Positions 51,146-60,926 are shown, numbered from the stretch's first letter. The stretch is DNA of 64,000 bases from an uncultured Alphaproteobacteria bacterium (GCA_944392155.1 CALXVR010000001.1:18309-82308), one strand, 5' to 3'. Numbers and translations: made by a program. Notes: a model not told the origin generated them from the letters alone.

Positions 51146-53062
51146 ATGAGCAATAAAGTTATTGGTATTGACTTAGGTACGACAAACTCTTGCTTTGCCG
51201 TCATGGAAGGCAAAGAAGCCAAGGTTTTGGAGAACTCTGAAGGTGCCAGAACCACCCCTTCAATGGTTGCTTTCACAGATAACGAAAGATTAGTTGGTTC
51301 AGCAGCAAAACGTCAGGCTGTAACCAATCCGGAAAACACACTGTTTGCCATCAAACGTTTGATTGGTCGTCGGTTCAATTCGCCGGAAGTATCTAAAGAC
51401 CGCGCACAAGTTCCGTTTAAGATTATTGACGGTGACAACGGCGATGCTTGGGTTGAAGTAAAAGGCCAAAAATATGCGCCTTCTCAAATTTCTGCTATCG
51501 TTTTGCAGAAGATTAAGGAATATGCCGAGAGCTATCTTGGCGAAAAAGTGGAGAAAGCCGTTATTACCGTTCCGGCATACTTCAATGACTCTCAACGTCA
51601 GGCTACAAAAGATGCCGGTAAGATTGCCGGTTTGGAAGTTTTGCGTATCATCAACGAGCCGACCGCTGCCGCTTTGGCTTATGGTATGGATAAAAAGGCT
51701 AATGGCACAATCGCCGTATACGACCTCGGTGGTGGTACCTTTGATATCTCCATTTTGGAAATCGGCGATGGCGTATTTGAAGTAAAATCCACCAACGGTG
51801 ATACCTTCTTGGGTGGTGAAGACTTTGACCAACGCATTGTCAACTACTTGGCTGATGAATTTAAGAAAGAATCCGGCATTGATTTGCGTGGCGACCGTTT
51901 GGCTCTGCAACGCTTGAAAGAAGCTGCCGAAAAAGCCAAGATTGAGTTGTCTTCCGCAACCCAAACAGATGTTAACCTGCCGTTCATTACTGCAGATGCA
52001 ACCGGCCCGAAACACCTCAACATCAAATTGACCCGCGCTAAACTTGAATCTTTGGTAGAAGACTTGATTGACCGCACGGTTGAACCTTGCAAAAAAGCTT
52101 TGGCTGACGCAGGCTTGAAAGCAAGCGATATTGATGAGGTTATTTTGGTTGGTGGTATGACCCGTATGCCGAAAGTTCAGGAAAAAGTTAAGGAAATCTT
52201 CGGCAAAGAACCGCATAAAGGTGTAAACCCGGATGAAGTTGTTGCTGTCGGCGCAGCCATTCAGGGCGGTGTCTTGATGGGCGATGTTAAAGATGTTTTG
52301 TTGCTGGATGTAACCCCGTTGTCTTTGGGTATTGAAACCTTGGGCGGCGTCTTCACCAGATTAATTGACCGCAACACCACCATTCCGACACGTAAATCTC
52401 AGGTATTCTCAACCGCTGAAGATGGTCAGACAGCCGTAACCATTCGTGTCTTCCAAGGCGAGCGTGAAATGGCAGCAGATAACAAATTGCTTGGTCAGTT
52501 TGACTTGGTTGGTATTCCGCCGGCACCGCGTGGTATGCCGCAGATTGAAGTAACCTTTGATATTGACGCTAACGGTATTGTAAACGTTTCCGCTAAAGAT
52601 AAGGCCACCAACAAAGAGCAAGCTATTCGTATTCAGGCCAGCGGTGGTTTGTCTGATGCCGATATTGAAAAGATGGTAAAAGACGCAGAAGCCAATGCTG
52701 AAGCTGATAAGAAGAAAAAAGAACTGGTTGAAGCCAAAAACCAGGCTGAAGGTTTGATTCATACAACGGAAAAGACCTTGAAAGAAAATGCTGATAAAAT
52801 CAGCGCGGCTGACAAGACCGCAATTGAAGATGCCATTAAGGCCTTGAAGACCGGTGTTGAGGCTGAGGACTTGTCTGTTATTAAAGAAAAGACCGAGGCT
52901 TTAATGCAGGCTTCTCTGAAACTCGGCGAGGCTATGTACAAACAGCAAGCTGAAGCCGCCGGTGCACAACAAGGCGCGCAAGCCGGCGCAGATGCAGGAG
53001 CTTCCAGCCAGCAGAACGGCGACGAAAAAGTCGTAGACGCTGACTTTGAAGAAGTCAAATAA
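51146..53062 (+). CDS. dnaK: Chaperone DnaK (Hsp70)
   Basis: [19 protein letters not shown] and [11 protein letters not shown] Hsp70 signatures. 638 aa. Confidence 0.95.
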   Translation: MSNKVIGIDLGTTNSCFAVMEGKEAKVLENSEGARTTPSMVAFTDNERLVGSAAKRQAVTNPENTLFAIKRLIGRRFNSPEVSKDRAQVPFKIIDGDNGDAWVEVKGQKYAPSQISAIVLQKIKEYAESYLGEKVEKAVITVPAYFNDSQRQATKDAGKIAGLEVLRIINEPTAAALAYGMDKKANGTIAVYDLGGGTFDISILEIGDGVFEVKSTNGDTFLGGEDFDQRIVNYLADEFKKESGIDLRGDRLALQRLKEAAEKAKIELSSATQTDVNLPFITADATGPKHLNIKLTRAKLESLVEDLIDRTVEPCKKALADAGLKASDIDEVILVGGMTRMPKVQEKVKEIFGKEPHKGVNPDEVVAVGAAIQGGVLMGDVKDVLLLDVTPLSLGIETLGGVFTRLIDRNTTIPTRKSQVFSTAEDGQTAVTIRVFQGEREMAADNKLLGQFDLVGIPPAPRGMPQIEVTFDIDANGIVNVSAKDKATNKEQAIRIQASGGLSDADIEKMVKDAEANAEADKKKKELVEAKNQAEGLIHTTEKTLKENADKISAADKTAIEDAIKALKTGVEAEDLSVIKEKTEALMQASLKLGEAMYKQQAEAAGAQQGAQAGADAGASSQQNGDEKVVDADFEEVK

Positions 53063-53087
53063 CCAACTTTGGCTTAATCCTCAAAAA

Positions 53088-53128
53088 AACACCCCCGTTA
53101 AGTTTTAACGGGGGTGTTTGCTATTTAT
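53088..53128 (+). terminator. dnaK intrinsic terminator
   Basis: cacccccgttaa-gtt-ttaacgggggtg hairpin followed by a T-rich tract. Confidence 0.7.
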
Positions 53129-53150
53129 TAAAATGCCTCAAAGCCCGTAA

Positions 53151-53405
53151 GATAGATATGCATTTCCCTTTCTCCGTCACTCTGAGGAGCTTGCTCCGAA
53201 GAATCCATAAAGATATAAAGCACAATCTTACGATATGCACTTGGGAAGCAACGCAATTCAACAATGGTTCTCAAAGCAGCCGTGCCGCGGTCAAGCTGGC
53301 AACAGCTTGCGCGATATAACAATGGTTGCCGCCGCAGCCAGTACCGCGGTCAAACTGGCAACAGTTTGTGGCAACAGCTTGCGCTCAAGGGGCCCACTTG
53401 GGATA
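53151..53405. repeat. Intergenic repeat element, copy A. A 5' module gcatttcc...tccgtcaYtctgagg-[5-bp hairpin]-gaag is followed by ~56-bp tandem units (...caacaatggtt.caaagcagcc...cgcggtcaagctggcaacagc). Related to the copy at 63605..63815.
   Basis: Direct comparison of the two loci shows long near-identical stretches (e.g. acgatatgcacttRggaagcaacgc...ttcaacaatggttctcaaagcagcc..gtg.cgcggtcaagctggcaacagc). Both copies are bracketed by intrinsic terminators. Confidence 0.65.
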
Positions 53406-53412
53406 ACGGCAT

Positions 53413-53450
53413 AAAAAAAACTCCGGCAGATAACCGGAGTTTCTTTTTGC
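53413..53450. terminator. Bidirectional intrinsic terminator between repeat copy A and the rpsA 3' end
   Basis: ctccggcagataaccggag hairpin with A8 upstream and T-rich downstream. Confidence 0.6.
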
Positions 53451-53464
53451 TAAAAGCTTAAAAA

Positions 53465-55150
53465 TTAAGCGTTTTTCTTCAAAGCTTCGCCCAAGGCATC
53501 ACCCAAAGCAGAGTTAGAAGAACCTGTAGAGGCATACTCTTCCAAAGCTTTCTTTTCTTCTTCGATTTCAAGAGCTTTGACAGAGAGACCAATCTTATTG
53601 TTCTTCTTGTCTACAGAGGTAACTTTAGCTTCCAGAACATCACCCTCTTTGTAGTTTTCGGGGTTCTGAGCAGCCTTGTCCTTAGACAGGTCGGCTTTCT
53701 TAATCATTGCGGCAACGCCGTTAACTTCAACATTAACGCCTTTGTCATCAATAGAGGTAACGGTTGCTTTAACAACATCACCTTTCTTCAAGCCTTCCAT
53801 AGCTTCAGCCATAGCGTTTTCAGACAATTGCTTGATACCGAGGCTGATGCGTTCTTTTTCAACATCAACATCAATAATCTTAGCCTGAATATCCTGACCC
53901 TTTGTAAAGTCTTTAACGGCTTCTTCACCGGACTTATCCCAAGAGATATCGGACAAGTGGATCATACCGTCGATTTCGTCAGACAAACCAACGAACAAAC
54001 CGAATTCGGTAATGTTTTTGATTTTGCCTTCAATAACAGATCCGACCGGGTGCTCTTCAACATAAGCAGCCCAAGGATTCGGAGTGCATTGTTTAATACC
54101 GAGGCTGATGCGGCGTTTGTCGGCATCAACTTCCAAAACCTTAACTTCAACTTCTTGAGAAGTAGAAACGATTTTACCCGGATGAACGTTTTTACGTGTC
54201 CAGCTCATTTCAGAAACGTGAACCAGACCTTCGATACCATCTTCGAGTTCAACGAATGCGCCGTAATCAGTAATATTGGTAACTTTACCTTTGTAAACTT
54301 CGCCAACTTTGTACTTATCGGCAACAGCCTGCCACGGGTCGCTTTCCAGCTGCTTCATGCCCAAGCTGATGCGTTGGTTGTCTTCGTTAAACTTAATAAC
54401 CTGAACTTTAACGGTCTGACCGACAGACAAAACTTCAGCCGGATGATTAATTCTCTTCCAAGAGATGTCGGTAACGTGCAACAAGCCGTCAACACCGCCG
54501 AGGTCAATAAATGCACCATAATCGGTAATGTTTTTAACAACACCCTCAAGAACAGAACCTTCTTTAAGAGTATCAATAAGTTCAGCGCGAGCTTCAGCGC
54601 GAGTTTCTTCCAAAACAACACGGCGAGAAACAACGATATTGCCTCTAACCTTGTCCATCTTCAAAATCTGGAACGGCTGAGAAATGCCCATCAACGGCGT
54701 AATGTCGCGGATCGGACGAATATCAATCTGAGAGCCGGGCAAGAAAGCGATAGCGCCGTTGAGATCAACGGTGAAGCCGCCTTTAACGCGACCAAAGATA
54801 ATACCGTTAACTCTTTCACCGGAGTTAAGGCATTTTTCCAAATCTTGCCAAACTTCTTCACGACGAGCTTTTTCGCGAGAAAGAACGATTTGACCATCCT
54901 TATCTTCATAGCGGTCAACATAAACTTCAACTTTGTCGCCAACTTTGAGTTCTGCGTTTTGACCAAATTCACGCATCGGAATACGGCCTTCTGATTTAAG
55001 ACCAACATCAACGATTGCGAAATCAGGGGTTACACGGATAATTGTACCTTTAACAACGGAACCGGTAATGCCCTTATCACCGAATTGTTCGTTCAAAAGG
55101 GCTTCAAAGCTTTCGTTAGTTTCAGGAATTTTTAATTCTGCATTAGTCAT
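53465..55150 (-). CDS. rpsA: 30S ribosomal protein S1
   Basis: Six S1 domains with recurring GxV.G.V...GaFV.l motifs. Start trimmed to MTNAELKIPE; the ORF-track 5' extension is hydrophobic junk. Confidence 0.9.
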   Translation of the reverse strand: MTNAELKIPETNESFEALLNEQFGDKGITGSVVKGTIIRVTPDFAIVDVGLKSEGRIPMREFGQNAELKVGDKVEVYVDRYEDKDGQIVLSREKARREEVWQDLEKCLNSGERVNGIIFGRVKGGFTVDLNGAIAFLPGSQIDIRPIRDITPLMGISQPFQILKMDKVRGNIVVSRRVVLEETRAEARAELIDTLKEGSVLEGVVKNITDYGAFIDLGGVDGLLHVTDISWKRINHPAEVLSVGQTVKVQVIKFNEDNQRISLGMKQLESDPWQAVADKYKVGEVYKGKVTNITDYGAFVELEDGIEGLVHVSEMSWTRKNVHPGKIVSTSQEVEVKVLEVDADKRRISLGIKQCTPNPWAAYVEEHPVGSVIEGKIKNITEFGLFVGLSDEIDGMIHLSDISWDKSGEEAVKDFTKGQDIQAKIIDVDVEKERISLGIKQLSENAMAEAMEGLKKGDVVKATVTSIDDKGVNVEVNGVAAMIKKADLSKDKAAQNPENYKEGDVLEAKVTSVDKKNNKIGLSVKALEIEEEKKALEEYASTGSSNSALGDALGEALKKNA

Positions 55151-55295
55151 AAAATATTTATATTTCAAAAAATGCCAACTCCAAAAAAACATAAAGAGGA
55201 GCGGACTTGTGCGAGTTAAAAAAGATATGCCGGCGCACCCCGAAACATATCGGGTTTGTTTATACACCGAAAATATTATTTTTCAACACATTTTT

Positions 55296-55949
55296 TCAAT
55301 GATTATCAATAATTTCGCGTGCTTTAGCAACAACTTCGTCAATGCTTAAATCTGATGTATCAATGATAATGGCATCTTCGGCAGGTTTTAGAGGGGCGGT
55401 AGAGCGATTAGCATCTCTTTCATCACGAGCGATAATGTCAGCTAAAACTTTCTCATAAGGAGTATCCATCCCTTTTTCTTGCAGTTCCTTAAAGCGGCGT
55501 TGAGCGCGGACTTCTGAGGATGCGGTGATAAAGAACTTTATATCCGCGTTTGGGCAAACAACCGTACCTGTGTCTCTTCCATCATAAATAGCTCCTTTTG
55601 TCGGAGTTCCGTCAGCAAAAGTCGGATTTTTGGAAAAATCTTGCTGCATTTTAAGAAGCGCAGCCCGAACTTTCGGGAAAGCAGAAACAACCGAAGCGGC
55701 GATTCCGCCTTCGGAAGAACGAAATTCTTTATTTTTGGAGAGTTCCATCATTTTAGCGAAAGTTAAAGACTTAGCAGAGGCTTCGGCAAGGGTTTCGTTA
55801 TTAATATCTTGTCCTTTAAGCCGCAAATCAAGCCCCACAGCCCGATAGACCATGCCGGTATCAAAATAAGCCAATTTATAAATATTAGCCAGAGTAGAAG
55901 CCAGAGTTCCTTTTCCGGCAGAAGCCGGTCCGTCTATCGTAATAATCAT
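55296..55949 (-). CDS. cmk: Cytidylate kinase
   Basis: IITIDGPASAGKGT P-loop and a typical Cmk N-terminus. It lies upstream of rpsA, which is the usual synteny. Confidence 0.9.
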   Translation of the reverse strand: MIITIDGPASAGKGTLASTLANIYKLAYFDTGMVYRAVGLDLRLKGQDINNETLAEASAKSLTFAKMMELSKNKEFRSSEGGIAASVVSAFPKVRAALLKMQQDFSKNPTFADGTPTKGAIYDGRDTGTVVCPNADIKFFITASSEVRAQRRFKELQEKGMDTPYEKVLADIIARDERDANRSTAPLKPAEDAIIIDTSDLSIDEVVAKAREIIDNH

Positions 55950-56065
55950 AACTTTCGTCCGAATTGTGTAAAAATTATTTATTCCTTAACATATCTGATA
56001 TAAAATAGAATGTGTAAGATATTTTAAGTTTATACCAAACTTTTGTAAGACAAAAAGGATAAACA

Positions 56066-56620
56066 ATGCGGGTAATATTTTTTGTCTTAGCAGCGGTGTT
56101 GTTGCTAAGTGGTGTGGCAGAAGCAAAAGAAAACAAGCACAATGTTGTTGTGCAAAGCTATCGAGATGTTCAAAAAAATCAAATGTATGAGCCGGGTTTT
56201 GTTCAGGGCGGATATACTGCAAGAATAAAGAAAAAAGAGCAAGAATCCATTATAGCCACAACTCCGGAGAATGAAAAAACGGCCGAAGATTATAATGAAA
56301 ATATAGCTGCCGAACTTTTCAAAAAGGATATGTCTCCGATTACGGTTGAATTATCAAAGGCCAAAACGAAAATAAAAATGAACGTAGGGCAAGCGTTGCA
56401 AGTGATTCTTCCGGAAGAAGAAAACGCCTCATGGTATTATGGCGGAAATGAAATGAAACACATAAAGATTAAAGAAGATTATAGTTATAACGGGCAGCGG
56501 ATTATTAACGTAAATGTTTTTGAAAAAGGCAAAGAACAGGTGTTTTTTGATCTTATAGAGGAAAACAACGGAAAGATAAATGTTCTCGGTTCAAAAGTTT
56601 TAAACATCACGGCGGAATAG
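56066..56620 (+). CDS. Hypothetical secreted protein (184 aa), the first gene of a five-gene operon
   Basis: Signal peptide MRVIFFVLAAVLLLSGVAEA. Its stop abuts the rsmE ATG. Confidence 0.55.
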   Translation: MRVIFFVLAAVLLLSGVAEAKENKHNVVVQSYRDVQKNQMYEPGFVQGGYTARIKKKEQESIIATTPENEKTAEDYNENIAAELFKKDMSPITVELSKAKTKIKMNVGQALQVILPEEENASWYYGGNEMKHIKIKEDYSYNGQRIINVNVFEKGKEQVFFDLIEENNGKINVLGSKVLNITAE

Positions 56621-57361
56621 ATGAGCGGGAAAAAAACAAAAATAAGATTATTTGTCGATGCTGATTTAAGCGCAACAGCTGAAGTTATGCTGAATGATAA
56701 ACAAGCGCATTATTTAACAAATGTCATGAAGCTCGCAAGTGAAGATGAAGTTTTGGCTTTTAACAATCATCAGGGAGAATTTCTATGCGCTTTGCAAAAC
56801 AAAAGCAAAAAAACTTTTTACCTGAAAGTCTTAAGCCAAACCAGACCCTATGAGCAATGTCCGGATATCTGGTTACTGTTTGCCCCGGTAAAAAAAGACC
56901 AGACAGATTTCATCATCCAAAAAGCAACGGAGTTGGGCGTTGCCAAAATAATACCGGTTATCACGACCCACACGATTTCTGACAAAGTAAAGACCGAAAG
57001 ATTCATCGCTCAAAGCATAGAGGCTTCGGAGCAATGTCGTAGAGTTGATTTGCCCGAAATCTCGGAAGCGCAGGATTTAGAAAAGATTTTACGTTCTTGG
57101 GATGAAGAACGAGTTCTTTATTTCATGGATGAAACAAGGCAAGCAAAGCCGGCTCTGCAGGTTTTTGACTCAAACAAAAACAAAGCTGCAATACTCGTTG
57201 GTCCGGAGGGAGGCTTTAGCGAAGCAGAATTAAATCTTTTACGGAGCTTGCCTTTTGCTAAAGGCGCAACATTAGGAAAAAGAATATTAAGAGCTGAAAC
57301 GGCTGTCGCGGCGGCTTTATCTGTTTGGCAGGCATCGGTTGGAGATTGGAGGGAGGAATAA
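56621..57361 (+). CDS. rsmE: 16S rRNA (uracil1498-N3)-methyltransferase RsmE family
   Basis: N-terminal PUA-like region (RLFVDADL...LNDKQAHYLTNVMKL) and a C-terminal SPOUT-type MTase region (ILVGPEGGFSEAEL). Confidence 0.75.
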   Translation: MSGKKTKIRLFVDADLSATAEVMLNDKQAHYLTNVMKLASEDEVLAFNNHQGEFLCALQNKSKKTFYLKVLSQTRPYEQCPDIWLLFAPVKKDQTDFIIQKATELGVAKIIPVITTHTISDKVKTERFIAQSIEASEQCRRVDLPEISEAQDLEKILRSWDEERVLYFMDETRQAKPALQVFDSNKNKAAILVGPEGGFSEAELNLLRSLPFAKGATLGKRILRAETAVAAALSVWQASVGDWREE

Positions 57362-57362
57362 A

Positions 57363-58025
57363 ATGCGAATTTTGGTGGCCGACGATCACGAGTTGTTTTT
57401 AAAAGGGCTAGAATTTATCTTATCAGACTTAAACAAAGATATAGAGCTTGTCTTTGCCAAAAGCTACACGGATATTTTCAATATTTTAAAACAAGATATA
57501 AATTTTAATCTCGTATTAACGGATCTGGCAATGCCTGGAGCAAATTGGGAAGAGGCGATAGCAAAAATTCACAACACCATGCCGGAGACCCCGATAATAA
57601 TTTTATCCGCCGTATTTGATAAAGAGATTGTTGAAAAAACCATTGAAATGGGCGTTTCGGGATATATTCCGAAAACATCTTCCAATGCCGTCATTTTATC
57701 CGCCGTAAATTTAATTTTGTCGGGAGGAGTATATATCCCGCCGGAGTTGCTTAATCATAAACTTCCCGAAGAATTTAACGAATTCAAGCAGGTTGTCGAA
57801 CAACCGGAGAGCAAAAGCCCTGAAGAAAAGGTAAAAAATTTAACGCCCAGACAAATAGATGTTTTGCGTTGTATTGCACAGGGAATGTCAAATAAACAAA
57901 TAGCTCACAAGCTCAATCTAACGGAAGGAACCGTCAAACTGCATGTGACTGCCATACTAAAAATCCTTAATGTATATAACAGAACGGGCGCAGTTATGGA
58001 GGCAACCAAGCTTGGGGTCTTGTAA
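57363..58025 (+). CDS. NarL/FixJ-family response regulator (receiver + LuxR-type HTH)
   Basis: RILVADDHELF, phospho-acceptor Asp in LVLTDLAMPG, and conserved K in GYIPK. C-terminal LTPRQIDVLRCIAQGMSNKQIAHKLNLTEGTVKLHV. Strong RBS ggagggagg. Confidence 0.8.
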   Translation: MRILVADDHELFLKGLEFILSDLNKDIELVFAKSYTDIFNILKQDINFNLVLTDLAMPGANWEEAIAKIHNTMPETPIIILSAVFDKEIVEKTIEMGVSGYIPKTSSNAVILSAVNLILSGGVYIPPELLNHKLPEEFNEFKQVVEQPESKSPEEKVKNLTPRQIDVLRCIAQGMSNKQIAHKLNLTEGTVKLHVTAILKILNVYNRTGAVMEATKLGVL

Positions 58026-58026
58026 G

Positions 58027-58365
58027 ATGTCAGATATTGAGAAAAAAGTTTTAAATGATTATGTTTCAGCCATAGGAAGCAATAAACTTCAAAATTTATG
58101 GCAGGATTTTTTGAAAGATACGGCTTCTTTTCTCAAAAAAGTTTCATTTGAAAATAAACAGGCGCTTCGGCTCAAATTTCATAATCTGCGTTCAGATGCG
58201 CAAGTGTTTGGAATGAAGAATTTTTCCATCGGCTGTGCCGAAATTGAAACAGCAATTCTGGAAGATGAAAAGGAAGATGTTCTTCTGAGCAAAATAAAAA
58301 AAATAAAACAAATTTTTGAGGAACAAAGCAAACAAGTAAATGCTTATTTTGAGGAGATACAGTAA
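58027..58365 (+). CDS. Stand-alone Hpt (histidine phosphotransfer) domain protein, 112 aa
   Basis: Hpt signature H-x-x-(K/R)-(G/S)-x-A-x-x-x-G in LKFHNLRSDAQVFGMKNF, in a four-helix-bundle-sized protein. The start is 2 nt after the RR stop. Confidence 0.55.
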   Translation: MSDIEKKVLNDYVSAIGSNKLQNLWQDFLKDTASFLKKVSFENKQALRLKFHNLRSDAQVFGMKNFSIGCAEIETAILEDEKEDVLLSKIKKIKQIFEEQSKQVNAYFEEIQ

Positions 58366-59132
58366 TGATAAAAGAAGAAAGACCGGCTCCGAGCGAAGAA
58401 GAGTTTTTAAATATTATTGATGATACCGAAGACAAAAAGATAGAGCTGCCAAAATATCTGACGGCAATTTATGGAAAAATTTATGAAAACCCCAAAGTAA
58501 GCAAATTTTTTGATAATTCAAGATTACTAAAATTTTTAACTTTGGGAAACAGCACACGTTTAACCGAAGCCCTTCTTAAAGAGCTCCATCAAAATCAAAA
58601 AGTTTTGCAAATAGGCGTAACTTTTGGAGATCAAATAGAGCAAACGGCAGAAAGGATAGGTCACCGCGGAAAATATGATTTAATAGACATAAGTGAAACC
58701 CAGCTTAAAATCGCAGAAGAAAAGTACAAATATTTATACTCTAACATGCGTTTTTTGCATCATGACGGTAGAGAGCCGATAAATGAGCTATATGATGTTG
58801 TTATTGTGTATATGCTCTTACATGAATTGCCGATTTTAAGTAAAATAAAGGTTGTCAATGCTGCGCTTAATTCCACGAACGAGGGCGGAAAAGTTGTGTT
58901 TATTGACTACTACAATCCTACAAAATGGCATCCGTTGCGTTACTTCGTCAGAATGTTTAATCGCTTGTATCAGCCCTTTGCTGAGAAACTTTGGGACAGA
59001 GAGATACATACTTTTGCAGATAAAAAGACCAACTTCTATTGGCGCAAGAAAACATACTTTGGTGATATGTATCAAAAAGCGGTAGCTTCGCGCAAAGATG
59101 ACCGAGATTTTTTCGGAAATAATGAAGATTAA
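58365..59132 (+). CDS. Class I SAM-dependent methyltransferase
   Basis: Motif I VLQIGVTFGD, plus acidic motifs II/III (YDLIDIS...; VVIVYMLLHELP). TAATG overlap with the Hpt gene. RBS gaggag. Confidence 0.7.
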   Translation: MIKEERPAPSEEEFLNIIDDTEDKKIELPKYLTAIYGKIYENPKVSKFFDNSRLLKFLTLGNSTRLTEALLKELHQNQKVLQIGVTFGDQIEQTAERIGHRGKYDLIDISETQLKIAEEKYKYLYSNMRFLHHDGREPINELYDVVIVYMLLHELPILSKIKVVNAALNSTNEGGKVVFIDYYNPTKWHPLRYFVRMFNRLYQPFAEKLWDREIHTFADKKTNFYWRKKTYFGDMYQKAVASRKDDRDFFGNNED

Positions 59133-59135
59133 ATA

Positions 59136-59168
59136 AAAAAAGAACCGAATTTTCGGTTCTTTTTTATT
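59136..59168. terminator. Bidirectional intrinsic terminator
   Basis: agaaccgaa-ttt-tcggttct hairpin flanked by A7 and T6 runs. Confidence 0.7.
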
Positions 59169-60145
59169 TAAAGATTAAGAAATTTTGCAGCAACATCTGC
59201 GGCAGGATTAAGCCCTTGCTTGGGTTTAAAATCCAAGAGGTCCGGAGAGTCAATATGAGCAGCATACCCACCCTCAATCAAGGACTGAACAAAGCGTTCG
59301 TGTTTAGGTGTAAGCCAATTTCTACCTGTAAAGACCCAAACCGGTTTGCCTGAACCGCAGCTTTCACAAGCCATGGAAACAGAATCTCCGGTAACGATAA
59401 CATTCTCTGCTAAAGCCCAAAATCCTTTAATCGGATTTTCTTTCTGCTCTCCCCACCAATAAGTATAAGCCGGAATACCGTCAATTTCCTTTTTTATGAT
59501 TTCTTCGGCTTTGGCGCCTGTGCGACGAGAGGAAGTTATTAAGATAGAACCGCCAATCTGTTCTTTTATTCGCCGAATGTTTTGCCCCAAAAGACGAGCA
59601 TTTTCATCTGTAAAAGGCTTGTTTTTAATTGCGCCGCCAATAATAACCGCGGTCCAAGGTTTCGGAAGATTAGCAAAGGTTTCCGTCCATTTGGGGGCTT
59701 CTTCGGCCAAAACTTCGGGTGTAATCCGATGCGGGCATCCGGTAATATAAAAAATATTGTCAGATTGAGCTTTGTTTCTGTCGTGTTCGGGAACAACCAC
59801 CAGAGAAAACTCCTTTAAGCCGCATTTGCCGGGATGCATAAGCTGAACCATTTTTGTCTTGTTGCCTGAGGCTTTGCGAATAAATCGCGCAACAGGCACG
59901 GTTCTGCGGCTGATAGAAACAACAATATCCGGAAAAGGAGGATTATTAATTTCTTTTTTTGTTTCGGCAGTAACACTAAAAAGCGTCTTTCCCAATAAAA
60001 AATTAGGCAAATCGGCAAATCGATTATATTCTATTTTTTTCTCAACAATCTCAAAAGCATCTTTATCCAAAGCCTGAATGATTCCTTTGGCCTGTCCGAC
60101 GCTGCCCATACGATTATCCATCAAGAACCAGATAAGTTTTTTCAT
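59168..60145 (-). CDS. ELM1/DUF1022-family protein (mitochondrial-fission ELM1-like glycosyltransferase-fold protein conserved in alphaproteobacteria)
   Basis: Overall resemblance (MDNRMGSVGQAKGI..., ...VVSISRRTVPVA..., ...ILITSSRRTG...) to ELM1-family proteins. Moderate recall-based confidence. Confidence 0.55.
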   Translation of the reverse strand: MKKLIWFLMDNRMGSVGQAKGIIQALDKDAFEIVEKKIEYNRFADLPNFLLGKTLFSVTAETKKEINNPPFPDIVVSISRRTVPVARFIRKASGNKTKMVQLMHPGKCGLKEFSLVVVPEHDRNKAQSDNIFYITGCPHRITPEVLAEEAPKWTETFANLPKPWTAVIIGGAIKNKPFTDENARLLGQNIRRIKEQIGGSILITSSRRTGAKAEEIIKKEIDGIPAYTYWWGEQKENPIKGFWALAENVIVTGDSVSMACESCGSGKPVWVFTGRNWLTPKHERFVQSLIEGGYAAHIDSPDLLDFKPKQGLNPAADVAAKFLNL

Positions 60146-60250
60146 GTGTACACTCTAAAAATTAAATAGTAAAAAACCAGAAATTATTATAATCTGTATC
60201 ATACAAATGAGTAACAATTAACGCAATGTTTTTTTTGAGGCGGAGGGATA

Positions 60251-60556
60251 ATGCAAAAACTTTATTTTTCGGTATTTTTAATGAGCTTATTTTTTTCAAG
60301 CAATTCCTACGCTCAATATAGTTCGCAAAATGATGCCAAATACATTGCCACGCTCAAAGCTGTGGTTAATTATAAAATTGACGACAAAGAAAATATTAAT
60401 GATATTGAATCCTTGCGCCAAAACCGTCAATTCAACGAAAAATTACAACGAATGCTGAATAAGTTGAGCAACGAACGCACTAAAGACGCCAAAAATCGTC
60501 AGGTTTTAAAGATTTTGGAAAAAGCCGGCGAAGACATCTACAAAATTTTAGATTAA
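60251..60556 (+). CDS. Hypothetical secreted protein (101 aa)
   Basis: RBS ggaggg. Signal peptide MQKLYFSVFLMSLFFSSNSYA. Confidence 0.5.
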   Translation: MQKLYFSVFLMSLFFSSNSYAQYSSQNDAKYIATLKAVVNYKIDDKENINDIESLRQNRQFNEKLQRMLNKLSNERTKDAKNRQVLKILEKAGEDIYKILD

Positions 60557-60568
60557 GGAGAGCTAACA

Positions 60569-60871
60569 ATGAAAAATCTTAAAATTTTGGTGGCGCTTTT
60601 AATGGTTTCATCTTGCGCCGTTGCCAATAATAAGGTTGAAGATGACTACTATAGCAGCAATATAGAACGCTTTATGCAAAATGTATCAATAAAAGAAGAA
60701 ACACCGCGCTTTGTCACCTATGAATACAAAGACATTCGTGTGGATGAGGTTGCTTCGATAGCGGCACATTATTGTGCCAAGCAAGGAGGAAAAAAGGCAT
60801 TTTTGCGCCAAAGCATAACTTATCGCAACCATTTGCGTCGAGCAACTTTTGACTGTGTAAACTTGCAATAG
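60569..60871 (+). CDS. Hypothetical secreted protein or lipoprotein (100 aa)
   Basis: RBS aggaga. Signal peptide MKNLKILVALLMVSSCA with a possible lipobox. Confidence 0.5.
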   Translation: MKNLKILVALLMVSSCAVANNKVEDDYYSSNIERFMQNVSIKEETPRFVTYEYKDIRVDEVASIAAHYCAKQGGKKAFLRQSITYRNHLRRATFDCVNLQ

Positions 60872-60893
60872 TGCTGCTCTCTTCCTATATTAA
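60862..60893 (+). promoter_or_regulatory. Candidate RpoH-type promoter of the cbpA-like gene: CTTG-N18-CCTATATTAA
   Basis: Identical spacing and near-identical -10 element to the dnaK promoter (cttcctatat in both). The -35 overlaps the 3' end of the preceding ORF. Confidence 0.35.
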
Positions 60894-60926
60894 AAAATAA
60901 GGATAGAATTAGGAAAGCGCAAAAAA

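Noticed and set aside
51299-52216. 305-aa ORF on the - strand inside dnaK
   Set aside because: It is antisense to a highly conserved Hsp70 coding sequence and is a shadow ORF. The small ORFs at 51474-51785 and 51844-52092 were rejected for the same reason.
53264-53461. 65-aa ORF (and the 97-aa ORF at 63592-63885) with similar peptide sequences (..SSWQQL..NNG..S..RGQ.GNS..)
   Set aside because: Both are read through the two copies of the intergenic repeat element and run into terminators. The similarity reflects the DNA repeat, not a conserved protein.
53828-54994. 388-aa ORF on the + strand
   Set aside because: It is antisense to an unmistakable rpsA (S1 domains). It has N/F/R-rich low-complexity composition and no SD, so it is a shadow ORF.
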